Assembly (NCBI GenBank): GCA_964016885.1
Contig: OZ024755.1
Coordinates: forward strand, 30,132,001-30,196,000
Length of the DNA stretch: 64,000 nucleotides
Direction of reading: 5' to 3'
From: Eledone cirrhosa
Lineage: Eukaryota
Shown: one piece after another, positions 1-14,073 of the stretch
How positions within the stretch are numbered: the first letter of the stretch is position 1
How the letters are laid out: every line of letters starts with the position of its first letter
Program-made: the position numbers and the translations under genes
The notes under the pieces: generated by a model
The model's input: only the letters and a program-made list of their open reading frames with translations
Told to the model about the DNA's origin: nothing
The model's database searches: none

Positions 1-10
1 ATTATTATTA

Positions 11-26
11 TTGGCAGTAGTAGTAA

Positions 27-65
<39 letters not shown>

Positions 66-156
66 CAGCAGCAGTAGCAGTAGTAGTAGTAGCAGCAGCA
101 GCAACATCATCAGCAGCAGAAGCAGTAGTACTAGTAGTAGCAGTAGTAGCAGTAGC

Positions 157-187
<31 letters not shown>

Positions 188-310
188 ATAGTAGCAGCAG
201 TAGCAGTAGTAGTAGTAGTAGTAGTAGCAGCAGCAGCAGCAGCAATATCAGCAGTAGTAGTAGTAGTAGTAGTAGTAGCAGCAGCAGCAGTAGTAGTAGT
301 AGTAGTAGTA
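11..310. repeat. (AGT/AGC)n trinucleotide microsatellite
   Basis: Direct reading; explains the poly-Val/Ala ORF 11..352. Confidence 0.95.
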
Positions 311-504
311 ATGCGACCTAATAGAAATATAACAAAGAAGTATAACTTTTAATAGTCGGTTGTTGTTGAGATAAAGTAAAGAGAATAAAGTTGACCGTTG
401 AAATCAATATAAATACAATACATAAGTATATAACTGCGCGCGCTTTTCTGTATCAGATGTCTGTGTGTGCGTGTGCGTGTGTGTGTATTAGAGCGAAGAT
501 AGAT

Positions 505-1135
505 ATATTTCTTTATTTGCCACAAGGGCGCATAAGAGAAAGGGGACAATAGAAGGACATATGTCGGGGATTTTACTATATACATCTGGTAAAAAAAACT
601 TTTTAACAAACAAATTCAACAATCGAAATCCCCAACAAGGGGGGGGGGGAGGCGTTACAAATGGGTTGTTTAATACCCCGTAGATAGAACAGCCCTCAAC
701 TCCAGCAGCATGTTGTGCAAGTGCACCTTTCTTCCTTTTGTTCTCTTCTTCAACCTACGGGTTTATATACAGAGAAGGTCCAATCACTCGGGTCATTTTT
801 GCTACATTCACCCACCTTTCAGTAAATTTACTGGGGTGCAGCGCGTCTCTCTCCACTCTGATTCTCCTTCTAAAGTGGTACTTAAAGAAGGGAAGGAGTT
901 GTTGTCCGGAGAGAAAGGCATCTGTCCTCAGTCCTCTCAATATTGTCCACCATATAACCTCTTTTACCATAGCCACTGTACAGAGGCAAGCCGCCTCTCT
1001 TTCGTTTTTGAAAGAAGTTGGCGGTTTGATCCTTACCATGAACTCGGCAGTCAACTGGATTTGTCCCATAGGCGGCAGCAGTTGTTCTGCGTAGTTCCAC
1101 AGGTCGGTTACGCCCGGGCAGGACAGTTTCAATGT
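505..1135 (-). mobile_element. Tx1/L1-clade LINE 3' end (ORF2 C-terminus + 3'UTR)
   Basis: ORF 755..1132 aligns by eye to the C-terminus of the 24142..27603 ORF (KEVIWWT..RVIGPSLY). It ends GTGGCAAATAAAGAA like the other copies. Confidence 0.9.
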
Positions 1136-1231
1136 CCCAGAAGTGGGCAGACTGCAAACTATCCTTGAAAGGTCGAGCGGAGGTGGCGAACACTTTCATA
1201 GCGTCCGTAATCTACTACCGCTTGACCGTCG
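1136..1231 (+). mobile_element. Inverted 96-bp Tx1-like RT fragment
   Basis: Encodes QKWADCKLSLKGRAEVANTFIASVIYYRLTV; near-exact reverse complement of ~2351-2446. Confidence 0.85.
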
Positions 1232-1345
1232 TAGTAGTAGTAGTAGAAACAGCAGCAGCAGTAGTAGCAGTAGTAGTAGTAGTAGTAGCTGTAGTAGTAG
1301 TAGCAGCAACAGTATTATTATTATTATTATTGGCAGTAGTAGTAA

Positions 1346-1414
<69 letters not shown>

Positions 1415-1456
1415 CAGCAGCAGCAGTAGTAGTAGTAGCAGGAGCAGCAACAAAAT

Positions 1457-1492
<36 letters not shown>

Positions 1493-1548
1493 TAGCAGTA
1501 GCAACAGCAGCAGTAGTAGTAGAAGTAGTAGTAGTAGTAGTAATAGTA
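1232..1548. repeat. (AGT/AGC)n microsatellite
   Basis: Direct reading. Confidence 0.95.
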
Positions 1549-1549
1549 T

Positions 1550-2491
1550 GTAACCTCTTTTACCATAGTCACTATACAGAGGAAAACCGCCTCTCTTTCG
1601 TTTTTGAAAGAAGTTGGTGGTTTGAACCTTACCATGAACTCGGCAGTCAACTGGATTTGTCCCATAGGCGGCAGCAGTTGTTCTGCGTAGTTCAACAGGT
1701 CGGTTACGCCCGGGCAGTGTACAATTGCGTGCAGGACAGTTTCAATGTCCTGCTCGCATCTTGGACACGTCCTCTTGGAAGGATCCCTGCCGGAGCGCCT
1801 GTGCCTGTGGATCTTGACTCGTACTGGTAGAGTTCCTCGGTAGCACTGCCAGGCCAGGGACCTTTGGAAGTTGTCCATAGGGCCCGGGCGTAAAGTCCTA
1901 TCGAACAGAGTGGTGAACTCGTCGTCTTCGACGCCCAGAGTCCCTCCGAGCATGTCGTCGCACTTGTAACGTATATAGAATGTCGAAGTGGAGTCACCAC
2001 TGATTGCTATGCCCGCTTGACAGAGGACTCTGAACGCCTGAGCGAATTCAATGTTCCAGGCGCCCATTTTCTTCGGTCTCCGCTTGACCCAGGACTGCAG
2101 CTCCGTCAGCGAGACAAGTTGCTGGAAGGCCTGTCTCACAAACGGGGCCCACACCGGTTGGTCGATGAGGAATACCTGGAGATGCCGTAGCCTCAGAGCG
2201 TGTTCGCATCATCAGCCACGGCATTCCCAGCCCTCCTTTGGGAGGGTGCTGGCAGCAGACGGATCTCCTCACCAGTGGAGTCTGCTTCTTCGAAAGGAAT
2301 TGGAAGAGCGTGCGTACCATCTTGGTGAGGTATTCACGGCGACAAGGCACGACGGTCAAACGGTAGTAGATTACGGACGCTATGAAAGTGTTCGCCACCT
2401 CCGCTCGACCTTTCAAGGATAGTTTGCAGTCTGCCCACTTCTGGGTGAGCGCAAATACCTTGGCCGTGACCTCGTTCCAGTTTTTCTCCAC
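1550..2491 (-). mobile_element. Tx1/L1-clade LINE fragment (post-RT region, CCHC knuckle), frameshifted
   Basis: ORFs 2048..2491 and 1456..2154 match the intact ORF2 (KGGLGMPWLM, CPRCEQDIETVLHAIVHC). Confidence 0.9.
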
Positions 2492-2630
2492 TCGGCTTGG
2501 CTGGTCTCGCTTGGGGATCCAGCCGGATCAGTTGGAGAAGGTTGCACTGACAGGGCCCGCTGGAAGGAGTGTTTTAGGACTCTGCCCCCACGACCCTCTT
2601 AGGAATAAGTTGGCGGCAAAGAAGAAGATA
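2492..2630 (+). mobile_element. Probable RTE-clade LINE 3' end
   Basis: With one frameshift reads LEKVAL-DRARWKEC, resembling the RTE C-terminal 'A.DR..W' motif; short AAG tail. Confidence 0.4.
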
Positions 2631-2653
2631 TAAGTTGATCTAATATCATATAT

Positions 2654-2841
2654 TTGTTTCTACTTTTGGCACAAGGCCAGCAATCATCCCAGTGCATTAC
2701 TGGTACTTTATTTTATCGATACCGTAAAAATGAAAGGCAAAGTTAACCTCGGCGGGATTTGAACTCAGACTGTAAAGGGACGTAACTATGCTAGAAAGCA
2801 TGGCGTCCAACCCTCTACCGATACTGCCAATTCACCGCCCT
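2654..2841 (-). mobile_element. tRNA-derived SINE, family 1 (Meta-domain-like), with ~17-bp TSD TTGATCTAATATCATAT
   Basis: Minus strand: A box TGGCAGTATCGG, B box GAGTTCAAATCC, central GCCTTTCAT..TCGATAAAATAAAGTACCAG. The TSD is seen on both flanks. Confidence 0.85.
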
Positions 2842-2920
2842 TGATCTAATATCATATATTGAAACAAGCATAGCATTGTAGGCTCAATTTAGGCACGTCA
2901 AAATACACCAAACTGATACG

Positions 2921-3009
<89 letters not shown>

Positions 3010-3189
3010 TCTGTGTCTGTGAGTGTGTGAGTGTGTGTGTGTGTGTGTAGAATATCATGCACATTATCCTTATCTATTTATGTGTGTGAATGTATATTTG
3101 TACAAGTAAGTATTTGTGTTTTGTTTTGTTTATATAACTAAAGCTCTATACTAACACGCCATAACAATATACCCAGACACCAATGTCTG

Positions 3190-3921
3190 GTATTTCCTCT
3201 CCTACAAACATTACACTCTCTGGCTTAACACTTTCACCTGGTAATTCCTCTCCTGCAAACATTACACTGTCTGGCTTAACACACCTGGAATTTCTTCTCC
3301 TACAAACATTACACTCTCTGGCTTAACACTTACACCTGGTAATTCATCTCCTACAAACATTACACTCTCTGGCTTAACACTTACACCTGGTAATTCATCT
3401 CCTACAAACATTACACTCTCTGGCTTAACACTTACACCTGGTAATTCATCTCCTACAAACATTACACTCTCTGGCTTAACACTTACACCTGGTAATTCCT
3501 CTCCTACAAACATTACACTCTCTGGCTTAACACTTACACCTGGTAATTCCTCTCCTACAAACATTACACTCTCTGGCTTAACACTTACACCTGGTAATTC
3601 CTCTCCTACAAACATTACACTCTCTGGCTTAACACTTTCACCTGGTAATTCCTCTCCTACAAACATTACACTCTCTGGCTTAACACTTACACCTGGTAAT
3701 TCGTCTCCTACAAACATTACACTCTCTGGCTTAACACTTACACCTGGTAATTCCACTCCTACAAACATTACACTCTCTGGCTTAACACTTACACCTGGTA
3801 ATTCGTCTCCTACAAACATTACACTCTCTGGCTTAACACTTACACCTGGTAATTCCTCTCCTACAAACATTACACTCTCTGGCTTAACACTTACATCTGG
3901 AATTTCCTCTCCTGAAAACAT
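3190..3921. repeat. 51-bp minisatellite, ~14 units
   Basis: Unit CTTAACACTTACACCTGGTAATTCCTCTCCTACAAACATTACACTCTCTGG; translates on the minus strand as (VSVKPESVMFVGEELPG)n. Confidence 0.95.
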
Positions 3922-4611
3922 TCAAATCAGGCTTCTGTTGGAGGGTTCCCTTGATGTCGCGATGCACCGTCGACATTGCTTTTCTCTTGATGCCAAAAAC
4001 GAGATCTAAGCCTGTGAGGCAATTATTTCTCAACTTCTAACGACTAATACATATAGAAAATACTGGATCAAAGAATGCAGCAAGCTACAATAAAATTAGA
4101 ATATATATTAAGAGCTTTATGTCAAGTACAAACAATACGTAAACAAGTAATATGTGTGTGGGTTTATATTGTATAGTTATATATATAAGTGCACATTTCT
4201 GTCTCTATGCAGATGTCTATCTGTTTTCAATAACAATGAATACAAGAAACTGTCAAGCCTTTTAAATCTTGTATTTCTCATGTATATCGCCATGGAGCTT
4301 CGCTTGGATGACATTTCTGAATAGACTTATTTGAAGATGAATATAACGCTAAACACTAAAAAATAGGAGTTGCGCTTGTTATATAATGTCGTGAGTTGAA
4401 ATATGACGTTCAACTTAGTTTAGCCAATCAGTTATTAAACAAAAATCCTTTCTATAGAAGATTCAAATTTTTGAACACTAAGGAAAGACACCTCCTTGTA
4501 AAATTGGTTTTTAGATATTTTGAACAAAGTAGAAATGAAGAATGGAGTGGATGTTGTGTTAACTCAACTGTTGAAAGCAATCGAAATGTTTAGGTACTGA
4601 TTCGAATTCTA

Positions 4612-5415
4612 GATGACTATACAATAATGGTCTATTGGTTTAATGATTTATATCGCTGAAAAAGAGTTTTTAACGTTTCGAACGCTAGTCCTTCGTCGGA
4701 AGATAGAACGAGAGAGAGGACGTCTTGGAAACAGAAATGATAACTAAGATATAAAGTATGTGTTATTGTTAGTCAGCCATCTTGAAAAATGAAAAAAAGT
4801 CATAAGCTCAAGAACAGTTCAACGTGTAGACACGTTCGGATATGATAGGCATGTAGGGAAGGCCTCTATAGAGAAGAGGGTGCTCAGCTTCAGAAAGTGG
4901 TAGGTTAGGTGTTTCTGTAACATCAGTGTGTGAGGGAGCGAGAGTATGGTGGGTGGGTTTGAGGTGTGGGTGTTGGTTGTGAGGCGAAGTCACTGATGGT
5001 GGTGAAGAGCGATGGGGTTTCGTTGGTACGTGTCGAGTCGAAAGTGGAATGGTTGTTTGTGAAGGGGATGGGGGAGAGAAGTGGAGTGAATTCTTGTTGA
5101 AAAGTAAGGAAACTGAAGAGGATATGTTTGTGGTGGGTGGATTAGGAATTGAGCGAGAAGGACTGGAAAGTGGGGCGAGAGGAAAAGGTGCGTTTTGAGG
5201 TTGTTAAGGTTGAAGGACCCGATTTGAGAGATATATAATATTAATTTTCTTCGAATTCCTGGGTGCTGATTTTCGAACGATTATGACAAATAGAAAATGA
5301 AATTTGGTATATAGTGAGTGCTCAATAAAAATGTTTGAATGTCATAACTAGAGCTTGAGGTTTGGTGGAACATTAGTGGTAATTATTAACCGTGGAATCT
5401 TTGATTAAAAAGTAG
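4612..5415 (-). mobile_element. Decayed Penelope-like 3' fragment with degenerate hammerhead (~4671-4700)
   Basis: Minus strand CCGACGAAGGACTAGCGTTCGAAACGTTA, same family as the motifs at 6542 and 31552. A similar remnant lies at ~21318-21550. Confidence 0.5.
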
Positions 5416-5417
5416 AC

Positions 5418-5721
5418 ATATAAATATAGTTTCCATAAATATAGTTTCCATAAATATAGTTTCCATAAATATAGTTTCCATAAATATAGTTTCCATAAAT
5501 ATAGTTTCCATAAATATAGTTTCCATAAATATAGTTTCCATAAATATAGTTTCCATAAATATAGTTTCCATAAATATAGTTTCCATAAATATAGTTTCCA
5601 TAAATATAGTTTCCATAAATATAGTTTCCATAAATATAGTTTCCATAAATATAGTTTCCATAAATATAGTTTCCATAAATATAGTTTCCATAAATATAGT
5701 TTCCATAAATATAGTTTCCAT
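5418..5721. repeat. 15-bp tandem repeat (CATAAATATAGTTTC)x~20
   Basis: Direct reading; source of the METIF/WKLYL ORFs. Confidence 0.95.
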
Positions 5722-5969
5722 TTATTTAAACTAACCAACTGAAAATTTGTAATACATTGAAGTGAAACCAACAGATACTTGTGTTTCTATTGGCAGCATG
5801 ACCCTCCCAGTATATATATATATATATTTAAGAGTTAAACAAGATTCAATGAATACATCAAAGAATGAGTTTTACAATAGATTGGCAGCACTCTACAAGT
5901 AATATTTTCCAGAGTTATTAATATTAATCCAAAATATTAACAAAATAGATATTATTGTGATCAATTATA

Positions 5970-6031
5970 TTTTATTATACATATTTCAGAGGTACTGAAT
6001 TAAGTTCAACAGGACGTCCTCATCAGATAAA
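5970..6031 (-). ncRNA. Hammerhead ribozyme motif, extended stem II
   Basis: TTTAT-CTGATGA-GGACG..CAGTACCTCT-GAAA-TATGTATA-ATAAA. A paralog at 8912-8974 has a mutated CTAATGA core and the palindrome TATGCATA. Confidence 0.55.
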
Positions 6032-6104
6032 ATAAAATGATACATGACATACCCTGACATGGTAGATGGTTAATATTTAATCAAGGTATTTGATTAAATC
6101 TTAA

Positions 6105-6154
<50 letters not shown>

Positions 6155-6323
6155 AAGAGATATTTGATTTGTTGGAAATCCAACAAATATAGATCTTTAC
6201 AACTGATTCAAAGCACTCGACAGTTTTCTGGAGTAAGTATTCAATTGATATTTCCAGGGATAACTTGAACCGTTAAGGTATATCAACCTTGGTCATGTCA
6301 AATTTTTATAAAACATTTTGTAT

Positions 6324-6380
6324 TTTATCTGATGATAGCGTACCAAACTTTTTAGTACCCTTGAAATATATATAACAGAA
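6324..6380 (+). ncRNA. Hammerhead ribozyme-like motif
   Basis: CTGATGA (6329) TAGCGTAC..GTACCCTT GAAA (6363) TATATA; paralogs at 43884-43937 and 51980-52038. Confidence 0.5.
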
Positions 6381-6537
6381 TAAATATGGTTTTATAAATA
6401 TAGTTTCCATTTATTTAATATCAATTGAATTATATATATATATATATATATGTAAAAGGTAAACAAAAATAACAACACAATCAGAACAGTATATGGAAGG
6501 AATACATTAGGTTAACGCTTGAAATATCAGGAAGAGG

Positions 6538-6574
6538 GTCTTAACGTTTCGGACGCTAGTCCTTCATCAGAAGA
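6538..6574 (-). ncRNA. Minimal type I hammerhead ribozyme
   Basis: CTGATGA-A-GGAC-TAGC-GTCC-GAAA-CGTTA: intact core, 4-bp stem II, palindromic AACGTT helix III. Confidence 0.8.
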
Positions 6575-6612
6575 AATAATGAGAAATAAGATAGATTGAC
6601 GGGACGGGCATG

Positions 6613-6649
<37 letters not shown>

Positions 6650-6847
6650 ATGTCTGTGTGAAAAATTCGGACTCCAGACGACTGAGCCCTGGCCGTTTCA
6701 ACACCTAGATCCGAACAGGAACGTAACCCCTGCGAATACCGGGGGACAACTGTATATATTAGAGATGGCGAAGATCGTGGTCAGGAGTTTAATCGTAGTT
6801 AGAGTGTCCTATTAGTCTTTTTCACTTTACACACACACACATACACG

Positions 6848-6923
<76 letters not shown>

Positions 6924-6925
6924 TA

Positions 6926-7133
6926 AAGGACGATCGACTTTCGTCAAATCGGACCGAGGGAACAATGTTTCCGTTGGTCTTTCCAATTGCTAATACTATC
7001 TATCTGTCGCAACTCCAGGTAGAAGGAGCAACGTGAAATAAAGTGTCTTGCTCAAGGACATAACGCATCGCCTGGTCCAGGAATCGAACTCACAACCTTA
7101 CGATTGCGAATCCAATTCTCTAACCACTCAGCC
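6926..7133 (-). mobile_element. tRNA-derived SINE, family 2 (CORE-like central domain)
   Basis: Minus strand: GGCTGAGTGGTTAGA A box, GAGTTCGATTCC B box, GTCCTTGAGCAAGACACTTT domain. Confidence 0.8.
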
Positions 7134-7593
7134 TATATATATACATGTATGTATATGTGTGTAAGTATGTGAAAATGTGTAGTAGACCCCAAAGTATATA
7201 AAATACTCAAACAAAACGTTTGTAGAATGAAAGAGTTCTTCATTTGAAAAGAATTGATATGTAAAATTGCTCAAACTCTTCTGTTAATATTCTTTAAAAT
7301 GACAAGTTCAAAATCATGAATCAAATATATTTGACTGAATTCAGTTAAAATGTTAACCGAACTAATGCCAAAACAAATTCTTTGAATGTCATAGTCCTTG
7401 TTTACGAGAGAAAATAAACGAAGATGTAATAAGCATCGATAGGTTTAAAAACTGTTAATTCATTATAATAAATTGAAGTGAAAGCAACTGGTGCGTGTGT
7501 TTCTTATTGGCAACATGACCCTCCCAAAGTATAACAATATCGGTTTCAACACACGTTTTCAGATAAAGAATCTTGCTAAACAAATTCAGAAAC

Positions 7594-8870
<1,277 letters not shown>

Positions 8871-9516
8871 TTCAAAATATTAACAAAATAGATATACTTG
8901 TGATCAATTATATTTTATTATGCATATTTCAGAGGTACTGAGTTAAGTACAACAGTACGTCCTCATTAGATAAAATAAAATGATACATGACATTCCCTGA
9001 CATAGTAGATGGTTAAGATTCAATCAAGGTAGTGATTATCTTATGACAAAACTCAATATTTATACCCTAATATTGAGACCATGAGATAACATAATACAAA
9101 CAATAGAGAAGGTGCGTGTAATAGATTTTAAGAAATACATGGCATCAATATAACAGTTATAAAATTTTTAATTTTTAAAAACTACTGGAGAAAGAGGAGG
9201 GAAAGGAAAGCACAGAGAAAGAACCAGCTGGTGTGATAATATATTTAGTAGGTGGCTTGAGAAGACAGATGAAAGATGATTAAAGAGAGAGAGAGACAAA
9301 GGGGTGTAATTTATGTTCAAGTTTATATACATACAGATTTTTATATAATCAACATGTGTCCAGAATAATATAGTTGGCGGTTAATTTTCAAAATATTTAA
9401 TTTAAGTTATTTCAGGGTAAAGAATCATATTTTAGGTTTTTTTTATTATTGATGAGTGCTTCCAATCTATTGTAAAACTCATTCTTTGATATATTCATTG
9501 AACCTTGTTTAACTCT

Positions 9517-9574
<58 letters not shown>

Positions 9575-9575
<1 letters not shown>

Positions 9576-9911
9576 CTCAGATGGTGGATGGGTGCGACAC
9601 GAGAATGCTGAGGATGGCTCTGAACATTAATCAGTATATACTTAGGATGAAAAACTCAGAGCTGTATGGGAGCCTCCCAAAAGTCAGCTCAAAAGTGACA
9701 CAGAGGAGACTGAGGTTAGCTGGACATGCTCACCGACATCCAGAGTTGACACTGCACTCAGTGCTCCTGTGGTCTCCCCTGCCTGGACACACTGGAAGCG
9801 GAAGACCAAGGTTAACGTATGTTGATGCCCTAAGGACAGACATGGCAGCTATAATGAGGGACAGAGACCGCTGGAGAGAACTCGTCCATGGATTTCGGGA
9901 ATTTTACCCCT

Positions 9912-9912
<1 letters not shown>
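9575..9912 (+). mobile_element. RTE-clade LINE 3' fragment
   Basis: RMLRMALNI..RRLRLAGH..GRPRLTYVD..DRDRWR, typical RTE ORF C-terminus; flanked by (TA)n. Confidence 0.8.
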
Positions 9913-10001
<89 letters not shown>

Positions 10002-10180
10002 GTGAGAAAAACCACAGAACCCTCCATCTCAACTCTACTTTTGAAAAGCAGAAGAACTGCGAAACCGGTAAAGGAACCAAATAAATAGATATATTTTTTT
10101 AAAAATAAGACTCCATTTGCATTTTCGATTTCATCTTTTTTCTTTATATATAAATATATATATATGTAAATACATATATA

Positions 10181-10277
<97 letters not shown>

Positions 10278-10620
10278 AACAAAGGAATTGTGGTAAGGAA
10301 CCAGATGGACCATAACGCACCAGAGTACTCAAGAGTTAGGGTAGTAGAGTGGGAAATAGGAAATATATATATATATATATATATACATAAATACATATAT
10401 ATATACATATATATATATATAAACATATATATACATATATATATATATACACACACACACACATACACAGACACCCACACACACACATATATATATATAC
10501 TCTGACATATGCGACCTTGCACCGCCATGAAGCCCAGATATCTATATAATTACTTTTGCACACATACATACATACATACATACATACATACATACATACA
10601 TACATACATACATACATACA

Positions 10621-10771
10621 TAGTCTACAAATGGCTGCGATAGCTGGCATCTTCAAAATATGCAAAACATTCTTGCGATTCAAGGGATGACAATTTCTTT
10701 TCTTTTACAACCTTGCCACCAGGAAGGTGGCCGGTCAAAAAAATATACTCGAAATTAAGAGAAAGAGAAAA
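10621..10771 (+). mobile_element. R4/Dong-clade LINE 3' end inserted in (CATA)n
   Basis: Near-identical to the reverse complement of ~41601-41752 (SLQMAAIAG.FKICKTFLRFKG*); (CATA)n on both sides. Confidence 0.85.
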
Positions 10772-11316
10772 CATACATACATACATACATACATACATAC
10801 ACAGGCTCCTCACCTTTTTTTTTTTTCTCATGCTCGGCAGCCACCGTCGTTAGTCACCTGAGCTTTTTAAATATATATTTCCGCCCATAAGACTGAGTGA
10901 ATGAACTGAAGGTGTGGCAATACAACAATTAGACGAAGCCTCTTCCTGACTCGTATCAAGTAAAGTAAGCAGTTGCATACACTGAACGTGTCATTCGTTA
11001 AGTAGTAGGAGATAAAGAAAGTTGTCGAAATCCTCTCTTCTATCCTGTGATAAGGTAAGATATTTTATACAGAGCTTATACTATGACAATACAAGAGAGC
11101 AGTTCAGAGCCAAGTGATTTCCCGCCTTAGACTCGCACAAGTTTCTTATCTGTACTAATACCATTCAACCGTACAGTCTCAACTTCAGTATTTCATATAT
11201 AATATATTATATATGTATATATTTAATATATATATAATATATTATATTATATTTATATTTATATTTATAATATAATATTTAGATAAGTAAATATTTCGAT
11301 GCGTGATAAACGTACC

Positions 11317-11407
<91 letters not shown>

Positions 11408-11565
11408 GGAAAAAGTTCAAGACGGCAGAGATCAAGCCATTTCGACGGCTATTTCTTTCTGGCCGTCGGGGTCTTTAAATTTTTCCTATTTCCCACTCTA
11501 CTACCCTAAGTATTGAGTACTCTGCTGCGTTATGGTCCATCTGGTTCCTTACCACACTTCCTTCG

Positions 11566-11629
<64 letters not shown>

Positions 11630-11690
11630 CATATATATATATATTTTATATATAATATTTTATATGTATATATATATATATATATATATG

Positions 11691-11725
<35 letters not shown>

Positions 11726-11727
11726 AT

Positions 11728-11761
<34 letters not shown>

Positions 11762-11825
11762 GTTATATATATATATATAAGGTGAAACATTTGTTCTCGG
11801 TATGGTGAACTAACTGTTGTGGAAC

Positions 11826-11900
<75 letters not shown>

Positions 11901-11905
11901 ATATA

Positions 11906-11940
<35 letters not shown>

Positions 11941-11959
11941 ACACGCGTATATTCATATG

Positions 11960-12285
11960 TACATACATACATAGAAACTTTCATACATACATATATGCAA
12001 ACGTGCATGCATACATACAAACATACACACATACATACATACATACATACAAACATACACACACACACACACATACATACACACACACACACACATACAC
12101 ACACAAACACACATACATACAAACACACACACATACAAACACACACACACATACAAACATACAAACACAAACACATACATACATATATACATACACACAC
12201 ACACACGCACACGCACACACACATACACACACACACACACACATACATACACACATACATATGTACATACATACATATATACGTG
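11960..12285. repeat. (CA)/(CATA) compound microsatellite
   Basis: Direct reading. Confidence 0.9.
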
Positions 12286-12986
12286 CGTAGATATAGAAAA
12301 GCTGAACTTTTGGGCAAACGGGATGTTCTTTTTCTTTATAACGTCGCTACCTGGAAGTTAGCCGCTCAAGATATTGAGAAAGAGCGTCACACAAAGTAGC
12401 ATTAATTACCCTTACGGGTCGATAAAATAAAGTACCAGTAATGTACTGGGTATGTGCTAGCCTTGTGCCAAAAGTAGAAACAATTAATTACATCTATATC
12501 AAACTTCATCCTTCCTCGCAAACCTATTTACGTTTTTGCTCTACGTAAATATACACCTACAGACATTACATAGAGACTTAGGCGTAAAAGCTTGGAATCT
12601 AGTTGTGTCAATTCATACAAAACAGACAAGTTGTGTGTGTGTGTGTGTGAACGTGAGAGAGAGGGAGGGGGAGAGAGAGAAAGTAGGGCGTGGTTTGATG
12701 GGTAGATAAGTCCCCTTAAAGGCACCTTTGCTCTGTCGCATTGTCATGTTTGATTCAAATGTAAAATGTTTGGAATGTTCTCCAGATCTTCATTGTTGAA
12801 CTAACATATTGAATTTGAGAGAGAGAGAGAGAGAGAGAGACTACTAAATCGTTCCATCTACCGTCTTCCCTGTTGAAACTTTGAATTATTTGTGAACGTC
12901 CAAAGTGGATATGTTCTCTATCTATAGAACATTTTCCAAATAATGTATATTTAAATATTAATTCATTCCAAAGTGTCTTTCCCAAT

Positions 12987-13048
<62 letters not shown>

Positions 13049-13051
13049 GGA

Positions 13052-13380
13052 GGCACATGGCTTAGTGGTTAGAGCATTCGCCTTGCAATCGAGCAATCGA
13101 AAGGTTGTGAGTTCAATTCTCAGACCGGGTGATGTGTTGTTTCCTTGAGCAAGACACTTTATTTTACATTGCTCCAGTTTACACAGCTATAGAAATGAGA
13201 TGACAGGGACTGGGGTCCTTATCATTCCACTGCAAAGTGGTCGTGGAGGTACCACGACAAAAAAGCACCCAGCACTCACTGTAAATGAGGTTGGTGTTAG
13301 GAAGGGCATCCAGCTGTAGAAATCAAGCCAGAATCAGTTCCCGTCACACCCTTGCGAGGAGCAGGGAAAAGCGGACGTAT
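13052..13380 (+). mobile_element. tRNA-derived SINE, family 2
   Basis: TGGCTTAGTGG A box, GAGTTCAATTC B box, CCTTGAGCAAGACACTTT. Further copies at ~15391-15600 and ~37908-38170. Confidence 0.8.
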
Positions 13381-13387
13381 AATGATA

Positions 13388-13576
13388 ATTGTTTCTACGT
13401 TAGGCACAAGGCCAGCAATTACCCAGTGTATTACTGGTACTTTATTTTATCGACCCCGTAAGGATGAAAGGCAAAGTTAACCTCAGCGGGATTTGAACTC
13501 AGAATGGCAAGGGCCGTAACTCTATGCGTCAAAGCATGGCGTCCGACCCTCTACCGATACTGCCAATCCACCGCCT
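13388..13576 (-). mobile_element. tRNA-derived SINE, family 1
   Basis: Same sequence as 2654-2841. Other copies or fragments at ~12407(+), 18128(+), 18640, 18988, 20261, 20901, 21144, 33348, 33908, 34398, 37440, 37727, 39478, 45478, 54255(+), 56807, 57016, 61765(+). Confidence 0.85.
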
Positions 13577-13644
13577 GTAATGATAATGATGATGATAATG
13601 ATAATTGTTTCTACTTTAGGCACAAGGCCAGCAGATGATGATGA

Positions 13645-13687
<43 letters not shown>

Positions 13688-13757
13688 TCTCTGTCCGATG
13701 AACGATCCAGACTTATATTAATATTATAGTTATATATTGTGTCGCCCACTTTCTAAT

Positions 13758-13799
<42 letters not shown>

Positions 13800-14073
13800 T
13801 ATATCATAAAACATGTGTATAGAATCACAAGATAAAATATATACCATTTCCTCTCCCAATTAGCATAATTAACTATATAAAAAATCGAATAGAGCAGGCT
13901 ATAAGAATGAGGCTTCTATGAAGAAATCTCCAACAAATAACCGAAACTAGCCCTTCGCGTCGGCCGCAACGGAATATTTATCGAATATTTCGACAGCGTA
14001 ATCGCCCAGATACAGTCAACTAAACAGAATTAGGTGTAAAATAAACTAGGAGAAAATAGAGTACATTTAAATA

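Noticed and set aside
13052-13130. tRNA gene
   Set aside because: A and B boxes are present but there is no cloverleaf, and a SINE body follows; the same holds for the other copies.
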